A stretch of DNA of 64,000 bases from Octopus sinensis. Taxonomy: Eukaryota. The notes under the pieces were generated by a model. The model made no database searches. It saw only the letters and a program-made list of their open reading frames with translations, and was not told the origin of the DNA. The DNA lies in assembly GCF_006345805.1 (NCBI RefSeq), contig NC_043009.1:57102001-57166000 (forward strand), written 5' to 3'. The translations under genes and the position numbers were made by a program. Positions within the stretch are counted from its first letter, which is position 1. Every line of letters starts with the position of its first letter. Below are positions 26,500-39,790 of the stretch, piece after piece.

Positions 26500-26800
26500 A
26501 TTTTTGCAACAGGAGCACGAAACGGCTATGAAATACCTAATGCACAAAAGAGATAGGAATACTGGTAAAACACTTGGATGTGGCAACTAATACACCATCT
26601 GTGGAACATTGAGGATGCCTCCCACATCATTAGTTGCTATCCGAAAATGTCCACACGATATTACCTACTTATGAGACACGATGCTGTGGTCAGAACTTTA
26701 TGTAATGAAATCCGCAGAAAGAATAATCTTGGGCAGGGAAACATAAGGAACTACAGAGATACTGAGGGAATAATCACTCATAGTATGAAAGAATATTCTT
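26500..26800 (+). mobile_element. RLE-type (R4-like) LINE fragment, CCHC zinc-knuckle region
   Basis: IEDASHIISCYPKMSTRYYLLMRHDAVVRTL (ExxxHIISxC...RHD). Confidence 0.65.
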
Positions 26801-26893
26801 TTCTACTCAAGGCACAAGGCTCGAAATTTTGGGGGAGGGGGCCAGTCGATTAGCTTGACCCCAGTACGCAACTGGTACTTAATTTGTTGACCC

Positions 26894-26993
26894 NNNNNNN
26901 NNNNNNNNNNNNNNNNNNNNNNNNNNNNNNNNNNNNNNNNNNNNNNNNNNNNNNNNNNNNNNNNNNNNNNNNNNNNNNNNNNNNNNNNNNNNN
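26894..26993. other. Assembly gap (100 N)
   Basis: Exactly 100 N; a SINE is cut off on the left side. Confidence 1.
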
Positions 26994-27473
26994 ACACACA
27001 CACACACACACGCACACACACACATTCTCATTCTACCTCTCTTTCTCTCTCTTTTCCTCCTTCTTTCTTGTTCTCCTTCTTTCTCTCTTTCCTTCTTCCC
27101 CTCTCTCTTTCTCCTTCTCTCTCTCTCTCTCTCTGTCGTTCTCCTTCTCTGCCGCTCTCCCTCTCTGTTGTTCTTTCCCCCCCTTTCTCGTTCTCTTTAA
27201 GTCATTCTCACTCTTATGTTCTCCCTCTCTCTGTTTCTCCTTCTCTTCATTCCTCTCACTCTCCTCTCGTTCTCTTCTCCCCCCTCTCTCTCTCTCATTC
27301 TCCTTTTCTGTCTTATTCTCCCTCCCTCCCTCTCTCTCTCTCTCTCTCGTTCTCCCTCTCACATTCACATCTCTCCCATCAATTGCCTTACACTCACATT
27401 TCAAGTAAAACCCACATTAGAGTACTGTTCTCATACCCAGACAGAGCAGCTTTCACACACACAAACACTCACA

Positions 27474-27522
<49 letters not shown>

Positions 27523-27639
27523 GCACCTCCTCCCCCGCACACATCTTAAACCAACATTACACTACTCCTCACATATCTGGGACAGAGCCGCTCATACACA
27601 CACAATCATTCTGTACCCATATTAAAGTACAGCTCATGT

Positions 27640-28210
27640 CTGGGACGGTTCTGCGAACACACAAAGAACATTCTAGACCACACCATCGCTCACATGCCTG
27701 GGGGGCACTGTTGCTCTGACACGCACGCGCGCACGGGCACAGACATCCTAATTCACATTGGAGTGTTGCTCACCTGCCTGGGACACTGTTGCTCTTATAA
27801 ACACACACACACACACTCATACATACACACACTCATACATACAAACACACTCACACACACACATCGTAACTCACAATGGAGCGTTGCTCCCATGCCTGGG
27901 ACTGTGATGCTTTTATAAACACACACACCACACAAACACACAAACACACACACACATCTTAACTCACAGTGGAGTGTTGCTCATATGCTTGAGACAGTGT
28001 TCCTCTCACACACACAAACACACACACACGCGCGCACATACACACACACAAATACACATCACGCGCGCACAAACACACACCACACATACACACCATGACA
28101 TCCTAGCTCACATTGGAGCGTTGCTCACATGCCTGGCAGTGTTGCTCTTACACACACACACACCACACTGCTCACATGCCTTGCACAGTGTTGCCCTTAC
28201 ACATGCACAT
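27640..28210. repeat. Modular minisatellite: ~45-55-bp core separated by variable (CA)n-rich spacers
   Basis: Core like CTCACATTGGAGTGTTGCTCACATGCCTGGGACACTGTTGCTCTTA recurs about 6 times (~27690, 27750, 27868, 27960, 28105, 28168). Confidence 0.75.
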
Positions 28211-29670
28211 GAGGATCTTCAGACCCACATTACAAACCTGGGACAAATACACATCCTAGACCACATCCAAAAGAATGATATTTAACAGATTGGTAAAAAT
28301 TAACGCAGCAATGAACTATAACCATTGGTTTACATACCAATTAACTATAACCATTGGTTTACAGACTCGCTGCTTTTGATCACAGTCACTTCTTTCGCCA
28401 TTGCAACGATCTTTGTACCTCTGAACTAGCAAGCAGCATGACACATATTTTGGCTCTCTTGACCATTCCATTCCCCGCATTGGTTCACTCGACTTATTAC
28501 TTCTGCTTTGACACATTTAATATATCATATCTTCTTTGACTTTCTTGACATGTCACCTCTGCTATGGCCCACTTAGTATCCCTGACTTCTTCGACTTTCT
28601 TCATATGTCACCTCTGCTATATCCCACTTGGTATCCCCAACTCACTTACTCTCGCCATCTCTGCCGTAAGTTGGTGCACATCTAGTATCTTTCACTAAAT
28701 ATTTTACCCAATTCTTTGGAACCACAACTACATTTTTCTGGAATTTTCTCCTTGCAGGTTTTTTTTTTACATAGTGAAATTCAAACTGAAAATCAGGTGC
28801 ATCGACCTTACCAGTATGGGAAAGCCTAAAAGGATCAAAGGCTTTGTTTCACCCCTCTTAAATTCATTAATCTACATAAAATCCACATGAAAGGGATATA
28901 TGTATAAATCTATGCGCGTATGTTGAGCATGTGTGAGTGCATGTTTTCGTCTCTCAGTCGGTATACGTGTGTGTGTGTAAAATCAGTTGACCATTCACTA
29001 CGTCCCTACTCAGAATTTCATGCCACTTGTGGTCGATCAAGTAATGTAGAAATTAAATTAAAAGTTATATTTACGTGATACCACTTCAGCCAATTCTAAT
29101 TGGTCGAAAGCGATCAGGGAGTCAGTTTATGTTGCACCCTTGTAGATAATGTTACTACTGCTACTTTTTACTATTGTCATGAAGGAGACAGCACTCTGGT
29201 TTGGTCAGCGGTTGGGGAAGGAGACGAGGAAACGATTCGGAGTGCCGACTTTGATGATTTAGCAGATCCAACCAATTCTCCAGAAAAATAAAAGATATTC
29301 AATAGAAGCAATTTCCTGTGACGACAGGTAGAGACCAGCTCTACCTTTCAGTTCAATGACTAACGTTCAACCACAGGTCCATTTCTGGATCGCCATTTCT
29401 CCATCCAGGTTTCGTCATTCCTTTTCAGCCATATCTAATGGCTGGACCTGTCAACTGTCACCTGGTTTTCCTTCAAGATAGCATTTCTTTGCTGATGTTG
29501 GACACCAATTGATAGGAACCACCGTCTCAGTCTGGTCTGGTGCATGATGATATCAAAAGACCACTCAATCTTCCCATTAATGATAAGAATAGACCCTTTC
29601 ATCCTCACAGACCTGATGAGAAAATGTTCCTTAACATAGAAGTGTATAAAATGCAATCACAAATACACAA

Positions 29671-29710
<40 letters not shown>

Positions 29711-30117
29711 GAACAACACACACGTATTCAAACGTATACATTTTGACACATATATAAGTATGGCCATTTTATTGGACTAGTCTAGAAGAAACAGCCATGA
29801 CTCACAAGCTTTACATTTCTATATAACTTGGCGTCGAAACAAACAAATGTGTGTGCATGAGCACGCGTGAATAAAAGATATTCGTTTGTGAGAAAATTGC
29901 TCATAAAACTGGAAGGCCGGTAGAAGACGAAAATATATTTCCCCGCTTGAATTGTGCAGCAGTACCTTGTTGCACGCCCTAATGTAAATGCAGTGAACTG
30001 AAATGAAGCCAGTTGTAAGCTGATAATCAATGGTTCTATTATTCTCAGGTTGTTTGCATTATAAATTTACATTCATACATACATAAATACACAAATATAT
30101 GTACTCACATATACACA

Positions 30118-30153
<36 letters not shown>

Positions 30154-30181
30154 ACACACACACACACATGTGTATATTATA

Positions 30182-30737
30182 TTGGGTTGTCCAGAAACTT
30201 TGTGCCGATTTTTAAAGGAAAGAAAAAGGTCAATAAATACTTGCCATTACATTTTTAATCAACCAAATATGAACCATTTTGTTGCACAATGCGTCTCCTT
30301 CTTTCCTTTAACTTGAAAATACCCTCTTTCCAGAATTGAGGTGGTTTCATGGCAAAGAATTCATCAAGGTATCTTTTCACGTCATCCAAGGAATTGAACT
30401 TTTTACCATTAAGACTATTCTGCAGAGACCTGAATAAGTGGAAATCTGAAGGAGCAATATCTGGTGAATATGGAGGATGGGGTAACACATCCCAGCCAAG
30501 ATTCAGCAATTTTTGTCTAGTTCCCAAAGTATCAAGTGCCGAAAATGATATTTCTTATCTTCCATTTTAAAGGGTTACAGAATTAACACCGGTTATAGGA
30601 ACATAAACCTTCTTCCACGAAAAGACAGCTTAAACTATGCTCTAAATGGAGGTGTAGTCAAATCCTATTTCATAGACTCAATCATCAGTCGAAAGGTAAG
30701 CTACTATAAATCGGCACGAACTCTCAGGACAACCCAA
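30182..30737 (-). mobile_element. Internally deleted mariner (556 bp) with both TIRs and TA TSD
   Basis: 30-bp TIRs TTGGGTTGTCC...GTGCCGATTT (4 mismatches), TA on both sides; retains GWDVLPHPPYSPDIAPSDFHLFRSL to the stop. Confidence 0.92.
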
Positions 30738-30764
30738 TATAAGGTATGAAAACAAATGTGTATC

Positions 30765-31050
30765 AGTGGTTAGAGTATTCGACTCACGATCGCAAGATCG
30801 CGAGTTCGATTGCAGGCGATGTATTGTGTCCTTGGGCAAGACACTTTATTTTCCCTTACCCCAGTCCACTCAGCTGGCAAAAATGAGTTGTACTTGTAAT
30901 TCAAAAGGGTCCAGCCTAGTTACATTCTTTGTCCCGCTGAATCTCTTTGAGAACTACGTAAGGGGCCACGTGTCTGTGGAGTACTCAACCACTTGCACTT
31001 TAATTTCACGAGCAGGCTGTTCCATTGATCGGAACAACCGGAACACTTGT
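30765..31050 (+). mobile_element. tRNA-derived SINE (family D)
   Basis: CAGTGGTTAGAG...GAGTTCGATT head, TCCTTGGGCAAGACACTT core. Confidence 0.7.
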
Positions 31051-31703
31051 CGTAACCGACGGAGTTCCATCAATATATTACAATATGTATGTAGGTATGT
31101 ATGTAATAAGCAATGTATGTATGCATGCATGTATGTATGTATGTATGTATGTATGTATGTATGTATGTATGTATGTATGTATGCATGTATATGTGTATGC
31201 ATGTATGTATGTATGTATGTATGTATGCATGTATGTATGCATGCATGCATGTATGTATGTATGTATGTATGCATGCATGCATGTATGTATGTATGTATGT
31301 ATGTATGTATGTATGTATGTATGTATGTATGTATGTATGTATGTATGTACATAGGTACGTACGTGTGTGTGTGTGTGTACATTTGAGAAAATGAATAGAT
31401 GCGGCTTTTCTGATGATTTTTCATTTTAATAATTCGCTGTTTATAAAATTCACCGATTAATTTATAAACATCTAATTATTAAAGTGGAAAAATTATCAGA
31501 AAAGCCATTTTATTCATTTTTCCAAATATAGAATACTGTACCAAGGACTTTCTATTTCTTATTCTACGATGTATATACATGTATGTAAGTTGTATGTATG
31601 TAGTATGTATATGTATGTTTAGTAATGTATGCGTGTGCGTATGCGTGTGTGTGTGTGTGCGTAAGTGTGTGTTTGTGCGCGCACGTGAGTGTGTGTAGGT
31701 ATG

Positions 31704-31750
<47 letters not shown>

Positions 31751-31751
31751 T

Positions 31752-31787
<36 letters not shown>

Positions 31788-32206
31788 CTCTTTTTACTCT
31801 TACTCTTTTACTTGTTTCAGTCATTTGACTGCGGCCATGCTGGAGCACCGCCTTTAGTCGAGCAAATCGACCCTGGGACTTATTCTTTTGTAAGCCCAGT
31901 ACTTATTCTATCGGTCTCTTTTGCCGAACCGCTAAGTAACGGGGACGTAAACATACCAGCATCGGTTGTCAAGCAATGCTAGAGGGACAAACACAGACAC
32001 ACAAACATATACACACACATACATACATATATATACATATATACGACAGGCTTCTTTTAGTTTCCGTCTACCAAATCCACTCACAAGGCTTTGGTCAGCC
32101 CGAGGCTATTGCAGAAGACACTTGCCCAAGATGCCACGCAGTGGGACTGAACCCGGAACCATGTGGTTGGTTAGCAAGCTACTTACCACACAGCCACTCC
32201 TGCGCC
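31788..32206 (-). mobile_element. SINE family A, full length
   Basis: Full reverse-complement match to the family A head, core and tail. Confidence 0.9.
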
Positions 32207-32422
32207 TATGGGGCTAAACACAGAGGGGACAAACAAGGACAGAGAAAGGGATTAAGTTGATTATATCGACCCCAGTGCGTAACTGGTACTTAATTTATCG
32301 ACCCCGAGAGGATGAAAGGCAAAGTATCGACCTCGGCGGAATTTGAACTCGGAACGTAACGACAGACGAAATACGGCTACGCATTTCGCCCGGCGTGCTA
32401 ACGTTTCTGCCAGCTCGCCGCC
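32207..32422 (-). mobile_element. SINE family C, full length
   Basis: Reverse-complement match to the copy at 63205-63435. Confidence 0.85.
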
Positions 32423-32427
32423 TGGCG

Positions 32428-32728
32428 CTGGCGTGGCTGTGTGGTAAGAATCTTGCTTCCCAACCACATGGTTCTGGGTTCTGTTCCGTTGCGTGAAAAC
32501 GCCTCAAGTTCCACGAGGCTCCAGCAGGGGGATGGGAATGGCGACCCCTGTTGTACTCTTTCGCCACAACTTTCTCTCCTTCTTTCTTCCTGTTTCTTGA
32601 GTAACGCTGCGATGGACTGGCGTCCCGTCCAGCAGGGTGGAGGAGGGGACACACATGCCACAGAAACCGGGAAACCGGGCCCATGAGCCTGGCTAGGCTT
32701 GAAAAGGGCGCATAAATAAATAAATAAC
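32428..32728 (+). mobile_element. Chimeric SINE (family A head, family B tail)
   Basis: GTGGCTGTGTGGTAAGAATCTTGCTTCCCAACCACATGG head followed by GAGTAACGCTG...CCCATGAGCCTGGCTAGGCTT tail. Confidence 0.7.
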
Positions 32729-32876
32729 ATAATGCAAACGTGTAGCTTTTTTGTGCACTTTGTTTGCAGAAGATAAAGGAATAACAGTAATAACGTTTAA
32801 TAAATGTTGCTTACTGCAAGTTATGGATATTTTACCCCAGTGTCACTTTGATGGTACGCACCGCTCTCTCACTCAC

Positions 32877-33004
<128 letters not shown>

Positions 33005-33118
33005 GAAGGGAACCGAAAATTATATGAGAATGATCCCTGGCTTACCATCCCTGCAAGAAGTGCAAAAGATTGTCTTAACTGGTACATCACACGTATTGAG
33101 AAGAGCATTGTCGATGTG
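33005..33118 (+). mobile_element. Extreme 3' coding end of RLE-type (R4-like) LINE
   Basis: MRMIPGLPSLQEVQKIVLTGTSHVLRRALSM* (QKxVLxGTxHILR motif). Confidence 0.75.
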
Positions 33119-33133
33119 AGAACTGTTGCTGCT

Positions 33134-33303
33134 CATGTATTTTAATTTAACTTAAAAAAATTTTTTTAAATAAAAATAAAAAATGAACGAACTATTGAGT
33201 TTGGTTTAATGGCCTACCAATGTATACTATGAGTTTCTTTGCCCTAGGAGTCGGGAAGATACTCGGCAAGAAATGGAAGCAAACCTGAGAGAAGAAAAGA
33301 AAA

Positions 33304-33353
<50 letters not shown>

Positions 33354-33612
33354 TAATAATAATAATAATAATAAGAAGAAGAAAAGAAGAAGAAGAAGAA
33401 GAAGAAGAAGAAGAACTATTACTACCCATGTATTTTAATTTAACTTTAAAAAAAAATGAACGAACTATTGAGTTTAGTTTAATGGCCTACCAATGTATAC
33501 TATGAGTTTCTTTGCCCTAGGAGTCGGGAAGATACTCGGCAAGAAATGGAAGCAAACCTGAGAGAAGAAAAGAAAAGTAATAATAATAATAATGATAATA
33601 ATAATAATAATG

Positions 33613-33681
<69 letters not shown>

Positions 33682-33684
33682 TAA

Positions 33685-33715
<31 letters not shown>

Positions 33716-33901
33716 AAGAAGAAGAAGAAGAAGAAGAAGAAGAACTATTACTACCCATGTATTTTAATTTAACTTAAAAAAAAATGAACGAACTATTGAG
33801 TTTAGTTTAATGGCCTACCAATGTATACTATGAGTTTCTTTGCCCTAGGAGTCGGGAAGACACTCGGCAAGAAATGGAAGCAAACCTGAGAGAAGAAAAA
33901 A

Positions 33902-33970
<69 letters not shown>

Positions 33971-34470
33971 AAGAAGAAGAAGAGAAGAAGAACTAACTAT
34001 TACTACCCATTTATTTTAATTTAACTTTAAAAAAAATGAACGAACTATTGAGTTTAGTTTAATGGCCTACCAATGTATACTATGAGTTTCTTGCCCTAGG
34101 AGTCGGGAAGATACTCGGCAAGAAATGGAAGCAAACCTGAGAGAAGAAAAAAAATTAATATAAAATAATAATAATAATAATATAATAATAATAGAAAATA
34201 AGAAGAAGAAGAAGAAGAAAGAAGAAGAAGAAGAAGAAGAAGAAGAAGAAGAAGAAGAAGAAGAAGAAGAACTATTACTACCCATGTATTTTAATTTAAC
34301 TTTAAAAAAAATGAACGAACTATTGAGTTTAGTTTAATGGCCTACCAATGTATACTATGAGTTTCTTTGCCCTAGGAGTCGGGAAGACACTCGGCAAGAA
34401 ATGGAAGCAAATTTGAAAGAAGAAAAAAAAAACAAATAATAATAATAATAATAATAAATAAATAAAAGAT
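33134..34470 (+). repeat. Five-copy tandem array of ~250-330-bp unit with internal (AAT)n(AAG)n
   Basis: TGAACGAACTATTGAG...CCTAGGAGTCGGGAAGAYACTCGGCAAGAAATGGAAGCAAA starts at 33184, 33457, 33785, 34037, 34312. Confidence 0.95.
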
Positions 34471-34764
34471 ATATACTCATGCACAACAGAACGAAACTTT
34501 ATAAACAGGAGATAAACTGCAGTGAAAGCAAACCTTTATAACAGGTTTTACAGAGTAAGTTAAAATGTTACATAACATGTTTTTTTTTATTGAATGAAGA
34601 CTCAGGAAGTTTTCCTGTAAGAGTCTCTCTCTGAGCGACACGTGACATTTTCACAGTGAAGAAAGAAAAAAAAACAAACAAAATAATAATAATAAAAGCC
34701 AACAACAAATAAGCTACCTTTTCACAAAAGCTAGCTTTGTTTAACCTCAACAGGTGCTAGCTAA

Positions 34765-34781
34765 CACCACCACCACCACCA

Positions 34782-34812
<31 letters not shown>

Positions 34813-34912
34813 CGTCGTCGTCGTCATCATCATCATCATTATCATCACCATTATCTCCAAACCACCATCACCACCACCACCGCCGCCGTCGTCGTCGTCG
34901 TCGTCGTCATCG

Positions 34913-34948
<36 letters not shown>

Positions 34949-35770
34949 CCACCATTATCGCCACACCACCACCATCACCAGCATCATCATCACCATTATC
35001 TCCAAACCACCACCACCGTCATCCTCCCCCTCCTCCTCCGCCTCATCATCATTATCATCACCACCACCACCACCACCGCCACCGCCGCTCTTACTATTAC
35101 TATTAACACTAGCTCCAATAAACGCTACATACAAACCACACTACTTTCACAAATACATCTACCACCAACACTACTGGTGTTTGCAGTAGCGGTGGTAGTG
35201 GTTGTGGTGATGGTGGTGGTGGTAGTGGTCGTGGTTGCGGAGGTAGTGGTTGCAGTAGAAGCAGTGGTGGTTATGGTGGTAGTGATATTGGTGGTAATTG
35301 CAGTGGTAATTGTAGTGGTAATGATGGTGGTGGTAGTAATAGTAGTAATGGTGGTTGTAGTGGTAGTGGAGGTAGGAGTAGTGGTATGGTGGTAGTGGTA
35401 GTGATAGTAGTGAAAATGTCTGTGGTGGTGGTTACGGTAGGAATGGTAATAGTTGTGATTATAGCAGTAGTGGTAGTTCTGGTGGTTATCGTGGTATTTG
35501 CGGTTGTAGTGGTGTTGTATGTAGTAGCAGTGGTGGTAGTATTGGTGACAGAAGCGTTGATGATTGTCACAGTAGTGGTGGTTGTATTTTTTGTTAGTAG
35601 TAGTAGTTACTTATAGTAGTAATGGTGGCGGTGGTGGTGGTGGTGGTGGTAGTGGTGGTAGTGGTGGTAGCGTTGGTAGTAGTAGTGCTGGCATTTGCGG
35701 TAGTATTGGTAGTAGTTCTTGGTTTCAGTATCAATAATGATAATAATAATAATGATAATGATAATAATAA
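34765..35770. repeat. Degenerate trinucleotide mosaic (ACC/ATC then GGT/AGT)
   Basis: Direct inspection; strand composition flips near 35165. Confidence 0.9.
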
Positions 35771-35999
35771 TGGTTTCAAATTTTGCCACAAGAGCAGTCA
35801 TTTTGAGAGAGGGGATGCGTCGATTACATCGACTCCAGTACGCAACTGGTACTTAATTTATCAACCCCCGAAAGGCTGAGAGGCAAAGTCGACCTCGGCG
35901 GAATTTTAACTCAGAACGTAAAGACAGGCGAGATTTCGTTTGGCGGGCTAACGATTCTGTCGACTCGCCGCCCTAATAATGATAACGATAATAATTATC

Positions 36000-37370
36000 A
36001 TTTCTATTATTTGCCACAAGGGCTTGCCTAGAACAACACCGAATGACATGACACAAATATAAAAGACAACACAAGACGAGACAAAGGGGTTTCAGCGTGT
36101 AAACAATAAATAAGAAATAAAAATTAAACAAAATTAAACCCCCAATAGGTGAGGCGCTTTAAGGTTTTCGTGGGAAAATCCACAAAAGCCACGGGTGTCT
36201 GATTAACAGGACAAGAGCCCTTCATTTATTTCTCACAGGTGTACACTCAGAATGAGTCCTTTCACACTGGCCATTCTTCTAACATTCACCCACCTTTCAA
36301 CAAACTTGCTACAAAGCAACACTTCCCTCTCCATCCTCAACTTCCTTTTCAAGTGAAACTTGAAAAAGTTGTTGAGGGCTTGGCCAAAGAGGAAAGTGTC
36401 TGACTTTAGCCCATTCAGACGAGTCCACCATACTACCTCTTTCGCTACAGCCACCAGACAAATAAAAACTACCTGCCTCTTCTGGTCATAGGAGGGCGGC
36501 GGGGCAATCTTCACTATGGATTCAGCTGATAGTCTGATCCTTGGGGACAGCTGTCAAGTATTGATAGTTGACCCTATCAAAGGCTTTAGATTGATCTAAA
36601 TTGATCAGAGCCCCACCCATGCCAGCTTCGTTACCCACCCTCTCTATGAAGTGGAGGTTGTCGTGAATAGTTCTGGTTGAGATAGCTTATGTTTGCGCCC
36701 CGCCAACCAGCTTGTCCATGACAAGCACCAACCTCTTGGCTAACACCTTGGCCAAAATCTTCAACTCTGCATTGAGCAGAGTGATGCACCTGAAATTTTC
36801 TATAACGCCCCCTTGTTTGGATCCTTTCTCAGCAGTGCCACTACACCTCGACAGACAAAAGTGAGAATTCTCCCATTCTGCTGCCAGTTGCAGTAGACGT
36901 CTGCTAAGAGGCCCGCAAACAAGTCTGGCATTGAAATATAAAGCTCGTAGGGCAGACTATCCAAACCCGGCGATCTGTCTCTCGTGCAGCTCTTCATCAC
37001 TTCCTGTATCTCCGCGAGTGTTATCGGCCTTTCGCAGCACTCCGCGTCACTCGCCGAGAGTCGTGGCAGGCCGTCCAGATACACACCGAAGTCTGCCCTG
37101 TTATCCATCCTACCATTTGTCCTGAACAGTCGAGCAAAGTGCTGCTGAAAAGCCGCACACATCTGTTTTGGTTCGAACACCTTGCATCCATTCTGGACCG
37201 CCAAAGACCAAATGGTGGCTTTATTGCCACTTTTCGCCTCCACCACGCGAGCCCATCGTGGACGCCTTCGTTCCCTCCCTGCTTAGGGAACGTGCCGTAT
37301 CTCTGACAATGCAGCCTTTGTGTTTGGCGTCGAAAAACCTCATCGCCAACACGTCAGTTGCGATGCCTGA
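36000..37370 (-). mobile_element. Tx1/L1-clade LINE fragment with internal deletion
   Basis: RSPGLDSLPYELY, ENFRCITLLNAELKILAKVLAKRL, LINLDQSKAFDRV, then a jump to the C-terminal AKEVVWWTR...FVERW and 3' UTR. Confidence 0.85.
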
Positions 37371-37605
37371 CCAATCCTTTCTACAATAAGCACAACGCCT
37401 GAAATTTAGGTGGAGAGGTTAAGTCAATTACATCAACTCTAGTACTCAATTGGTACTTAATTTATCGACCCCGAAAGAATGAAAGGCAAAATCGACCTCG
37501 GCGGAACTTGAACTCAGAACGTAGCGACGGGCGAAATAACACTGAGCATTTCGTCCAGCACACAAATGATTCTGCCAGCTCGCCGCCTTAATAATAATAA
37601 TAATA

Positions 37606-37652
<47 letters not shown>

Positions 37653-39447
37653 TTTTCTTTATTGGCTACGAGGATCAAACACAAAATAAATAGAAACAAG
37701 GCAACGCAAGGGACAAGTAGAGCGTGGCACAAAACTTAGTGTGTAAAATTAAAGGAACAATTAACAACAAAAATTCCTCCCCAAAATTCCCCAAAAGGGA
37801 GGAGTTTCACCCAAGGACAACCGATGAATCCCATACATCCTGTTACCCTGACTGCCAAGGGCACTTCAGCGGGTGCCTCTCCCCTCACTTCCTCCGGTTT
37901 ACAAGTTTTATGTTCAGAGTAGGCCCATTCACGTAGGCCAACCGTCACACCACGCTCCGTATGATAACGACAATAATTACAACATCAAATAATTTCCCCA
38001 TTACTGCAACAGCGGAGTAAGCTCTTTCTTAGACATTTTGTCACAAAAATCAACGAGCAAAATTGCTCTCAGTGAAACCAGGAACATAATATTGAATAAT
38101 ATTCTTCTTCCTCCAAAGTCATGGCTCGTACCTTTTCCTTCTATCGGACCCTTAAAGACAAGAAGGGAATAAAAAGAAAACTGAAAAGGGTTTTGGAATA
38201 ATTGTGCAGGAAAGCTTGGAGAATAATTGGTGGATGCGAGAGTGCTTGTTATCTATGTGGGAGGATATGCGGATGTTTTATAAATGTGTAGAGAATCCCA
38301 GAGCTTGATGGAATCGTTGCACTCACCAACATCTACAACCACAAGTACCGTTACAGGTAAATTCCTCAATTCTGGAAACTGGGAAAAATTATAACAATTT
38401 TAAGCACTTCGCCTAAGAAGAAGAGAATGGTGGGAACGAGGATGAGGAGGGGGGGACTGAAGAATTCAGGATAGTTTTGTCCTTTGAAAATAGGAGAATC
38501 TATGTTGAATATCGTCATCTTTGGTATCGTCTGCTCCAGGCAAATCTATTTGTTTTTCATATCTCTTTTCTTCCAACACGCGCGCGCGCACACACATACA
38601 CTACGAAGAAATTCAGTTTGTTTAAAAGATGTCTCCTGAAAAGTCAGATGTAGAGTAAGACATTGAAACAAAGACGCGTGCACGTGGGTATGTATGATCT
38701 AAAAGATTCAGCTGGGGCAATATTTAACTAAAATAGCAATCTATGCATCATACCTATTGTATACACATTATCGTTAGGCCATGTTACTGCAGTATTTTTT
38801 CTAAGATAAAGCCTGTTATGGACGAGATGTGTTAAAAACCAATAAATATTAGAGAGACCAAAAAGTCGTTCCAACGGCAGCCGGCAACAACGCCAGGTGT
38901 ATTTCTACCTGTCTGAATATTTAACCCAGCAAATGCACAAGGCCAGCAATTTCAAGATGAACGGTTAAAGTCGATCAATTGCTACATATTTTATCGATCT
39001 TGAAATGATGAAAGGTAAAGTCGACCTCGGCGGAACTTGAATTCTGAACGTAAGGATAGTCGAAATGAGAGAACGGATAAGAGAGGAGGAAAAAACGAGA
39101 GAAGGAGATAAAAAGAATTAGAGAAAGGAAGAGAGAAAACGAAAGAGTAATAGAATAGAATAGAAGTGTCGCATCAGAATTATCAAGATAAAACTTACTT
39201 GGAAATGGATGCGTGACATTCAATCATATAATAATATGAATAATACATACATACATACATATATATATATACACATACATACATGTATATACATACACAT
39301 ACATACATATACATACACATACATATATATATACACACATACATATATATATACACACATACATATATATATACACACATACATATATATATAGACACAT
39401 TGAAAAGACTGCCTCCACGCGCTGCTACTACACTTTCGTCCTTGCCA

Positions 39448-39790
39448 GCAAAAGGCTTTTTCGTTCGTCCCCCTGTGTGGTTGATTTCCTGTATAGTATT
39501 CTTTTTATTTTCTCGTTTTGTAACTAATTGTACTTTTTGTACATGTATTTTTATTTTTGCAGTTTTATTGTTTGTCTATGACAGAAAAAAGGCTTTTTCG
39601 TTCGTCCTCTTGTGTGTTTGTTTTTGTACATGTATCTCGTTTTGTAACTAATTGTATTTTTTGTACATGTATTTTTATTTTTGCAGTTTTATTGTTCGTC
39701 TATGCCAGAAAAAAGGCTTTTTCGTTCGTCCTCTTGTGTGTTTGTTTTTGTACATGTATTTTAATTTTGCAGTCTTATTGTTACGTCTTG
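39448..39790. repeat. Imperfect tandem repeat (~124-137-bp unit, ~2.7 copies)
   Basis: AAAAGGCTTTTTCGTTCGTCC recurs at ~39450, 39587, 39711. Confidence 0.85.

Noticed and set aside
27640-28210. CRISPR-like array
   Set aside because: Eukaryotic context, diverged repeats, microsatellite spacers and no cas genes.
34754-35395. 213-aa ORF with poly-T/S/H/V runs
   Set aside because: Product of trinucleotide low-complexity sequence, with no domain or splice evidence.
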